Shown piece after piece: positions 61,501 to 64,000 of a stretch of 64,000 bases of DNA. The stretch comes from Enoplolaimus lenunculus (taxonomy: Eukaryota), in the NCBI GenBank assembly GCA_030248215.1, contig JASANG010001107.1, positions 310,001-374,000 on the forward strand. Reading direction: 5' to 3'. The notes beneath the pieces were generated by a model that saw nothing but the letters and a program-made list of their open reading frames with translations, did no database searches and was not told where the DNA came from. The translations under genes were made by a program, and so were the position numbers. The stretch's first letter is position 1, and the number at the start of each line of letters is the position of its first letter.

Positions 61501-63942
61501 CCAACACGTCAAGGTGAACTGACCTCAAATTTAGAACGCATCGCAGAGCAAATTGCAACAGTTTGTTCAACTCTCGGCGAGTACCCGAGTGTACGATATC
61601 GAGCGTAAGTTGCGAAAAGGGGCAGGAGCTTTTATTAGGAGCCAAGAAATTTTTGGTAATATAAAATTCTTTTAATGGGGCACTAAAATTATTGGTTATG
61701 AGGAGATGGGTTTTCGTTGGTCTTACATGTTTGTGGTCCAGAAATACCTGCAGTAAACAGGAAAAAATTTTGTTGTGTGTATGTAACGATTTACGTAACT
61801 TTTTGTTGGTTAAATGTATTAAACCTTATGAAAGCACTGCTTTTGTATGATTATATCACAATAATTCACAGTGACTACGACAAAAATGTTGAATTGGCTC
61901 ATTTGGTTCAGCAAAAACTGGACGCCTACAAAGCAGATGAACCTACCATGGGAGAGGTTAGTTTATCCATTGAAGTTGTCGCTTGACTAGCCAATGTTTT
62001 TATTAATGGTCTTTGGAAGCTGGACAACTAATGACGCTTTAGAAGTAGGTTGGCCTGTATGCAATGCCAACGAGTTGTTCAGTATTATGGACGGCTTATA
62101 TAGCGACTCATTGAAAGTGCAGTTAACAGCATACAATATGCCAATTCCGAATGGAACATTGTTTTTCAACATGCAAAACTAATAACATTTGTTATTCCAG
62201 CAAATCTACTTTTTTCGGAAACAAAGGTTATTTAGTGCCCGACCTCAGTTCAGAGATTTGTAACCTGAAGCAAAACATAGATTTATATAACAAGTTGTTC
62301 AAAATTTTTATTGTTTAATAGGTAAGTATATTGCCGAACATATTTTTATCCGGGTTTTGGATTCAGCTTTTTCACAACGGAATCCGAACCGCCAAGTTTT
62401 GCCTTATTCGAACCTTTGTTGGCACCCTTTTTCACAGTATATTATTAGTGGTCATTGTGTTTGAAGTGTCGAAACCAAGTTTTTACCGATTCCGTTGTCA
62501 ATTTTATCTTGAAATTTTGCCGATGCCGATTAACGGCACAACCGTCATAATTGGATTCTTCTTAGAACTACGCACTTATATGTTTGGTATTGTCAGTTAA
62601 CCATTTATTGGCCTAACAGTTGTTGCATTTTTCAATTCTCTAGGATTACTATTTCTAACCAGTGGAAATTAGGGGTTAGATTTTTAAATACGCCGATGAC
62701 GTCGTACTGTGGCTGATACATGTAAAAATTCTGCCTGCGGTTACAGTCACTTAGTACGAACATTTATTTTAAGGGTCCAGATAAAGCACGATCTCAGTTG
62801 ATAATTGTCGATCGCGGGGTTGATGGAGTTAGTCCTCTACTTCACGAATTAACATTCCAAGCGATGGCCTATGACCTTGTTACTATTGAGAATGATGTCT
62901 ACAGGTATGGGAACTATTCCCATATGCGTATAGCACCTGTCACCACGTTGTGATAGAGGTTTTCAAACTCACGAACTCCGGCCGTTTGGATATCAAAACT
63001 TGCACAGAATTAGTACAAATGAAATTTGAAAATATGCTAAATTTCGATGCTCATTATTTAGATCAGACTCAAGTTTAGAATTAGGCTTAGTGAACAGGCC
63101 CTTACATTCAACATATGCCTCTCAGTGTATGAACTCTGTCTGATAACGTTTCAGTTACGAATCGGGAAGCGGCGAAGATAGCGGCGATAAGCAAGTGGTA
63201 CTTGATGAAAACGATGATCTGTGGGCGGCACTGAGGCATAAACACATTGCAGTTGTTTCTACGTAAGCTCAGATAAATAATGTAGTTTATAGAAGATCTG
63301 CAGTGAATGCTAATTTAAAGTTTTAAACGGTAATTGATTCTGAATTTCTAAATGTTTATAGTGGCATCAAATTCAATGTGAGTGTCCCACTTGCAGACCA
63401 GTTGAGGCGATGCACATTGGTTGCAGACAAAAGCGATTCCAACCACATTGAATAGTTATAAACGCCTTGAACCACGGGGTATAGAAGGGGTGCGCTTACA
63501 ACTATCTGAACATCATTATGATATGAATTTCTAAATGCTTATAGTGGTTCAACGTACGGTGCACATAATAAATAAGCTGTTGCATTTTACCGCAAATATG
63601 TTCATTATAATTGCTAAGTTGCTTACTATGTACGTGCATGCTGCCGGTACGGAACTAATATAATATGAATTTACTTTATATTCTATTAAACTGGCCAGTG
63701 CACAATTACAGTCGTAAAGCTTATTTTTCAGTGAAGTAACTAACGGTCTCAAGAACTTTAGTCAAGGCAAAAAGGGGATGACAGCGGCGGATGCAAAATC
63801 GGTCAAAGATTTGTCAAATTTGATTAAGAAAATGCCTCAGTATCAGAAGCAATTGAATAAATATTCGACGCATCTACATTTGGCTGAAGACTGTATGAAG
63901 CGATACAAAGAAGGTGTTGATAAACTGTGCAAAGTTGAACAG
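55517..63942 (+). CDS. unc-18: Sec1/Munc18 protein UNC-18 (ROP/STXBP1 orthologue), 5' part; continues beyond the window
   Basis: Ten phase-consistent GT-AG exons giving [146 protein letters not shown], collinear with UNC-18/Munc18. Confidence 0.97.
59535..59672 (+). CDS. unc-18: unc-18 exon 2
   Basis: ttacag|..ILNDVIK..DEGIT|gtatat. Confidence 0.95.
60103..60179 (+). CDS. unc-18: unc-18 exon 3
   Basis: tttag|..[15 protein letters not shown]|gtatat. Confidence 0.95.
60493..60568 (+). CDS. unc-18: unc-18 exon 4
   Basis: ttttag|[15 protein letters not shown]|gtacgt. Confidence 0.95.
61122..61225 (+). CDS. unc-18: unc-18 exon 5
   Basis: ttttag|..CSDNLF..PYESQ|gtaagt. Confidence 0.95.
61456..61604 (+). 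CDS. unc-18: unc-18 exon 6
   Basis: ctacag|[14 protein letters not shown]|gtaagt. Confidence 0.95.
61872..61956 (+). CDS. unc-18: unc-18 exon 7
   Basis: tcacag|..[16 protein letters not shown]|gttagt. Confidence 0.95.
62774..62904 (+). CDS. unc-18: unc-18 exon 8
   Basis: tttaag|[20 protein letters not shown]|gtatgg. Confidence 0.95.
63155..63262 (+). CDS. unc-18: unc-18 exon 9
   Basis: tttcag|..[15 protein letters not shown]|gtaagc. Confidence 0.95.
63732..63942 (+). CDS. unc-18: unc-18 exon 10
   Basis: tttcag|..[15 protein letters not shown]|gtaagg. Confidence 0.95.
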
Positions 63943-64000
63943 GTAAGGTAGCTTCTGTTCATGTAATTACGTTTTTAATGTTTTGTTTAGCTTTCGAATA

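Overview
AT-rich, intron-rich eukaryotic DNA, most likely from a nematode (inferred from TTAGGC-type repeats, TTTCAG/TTTTAG acceptors and a nematode-like UNC-18). Splicing the exons by hand gives three protein-coding genes and one tRNA. (1) tRNA-Arg(TCG) at 662-734. (2) A secreted PAN/apple-domain gene on the - strand (9181 to ~3861) whose third PAN domain appears broken. (3) An ecdysone-receptor-like NR1H nuclear receptor on the - strand (1030 aa from ATG 32431, stop at 22796). (4) The first ten exons of unc-18/Munc18 on the + strand (55517 to the window end), divergent from the receptor. The most unusual observation is the receptor. An upstream exon (33510-33349) has a near-consensus donor and splices in frame, adding a 54-aa strongly hydrophobic N-terminus, so it is a candidate membrane-tethered nuclear receptor. 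Its helix 12/AF-2 is degenerate, it carries a ~410-aa extra tail, and several pocket residues look LXR-like. The non-coding DNA is dense in MITEs (Merlin-like, hAT-like, Tc1/mariner-like, CACTA-like, and a family carrying degenerate telomere repeats). There is also a 47-bp satellite with a 14-mer higher-order duplication and a LINE 3' relic. All gene models and alignments were made by eye, with no database search or expression data.
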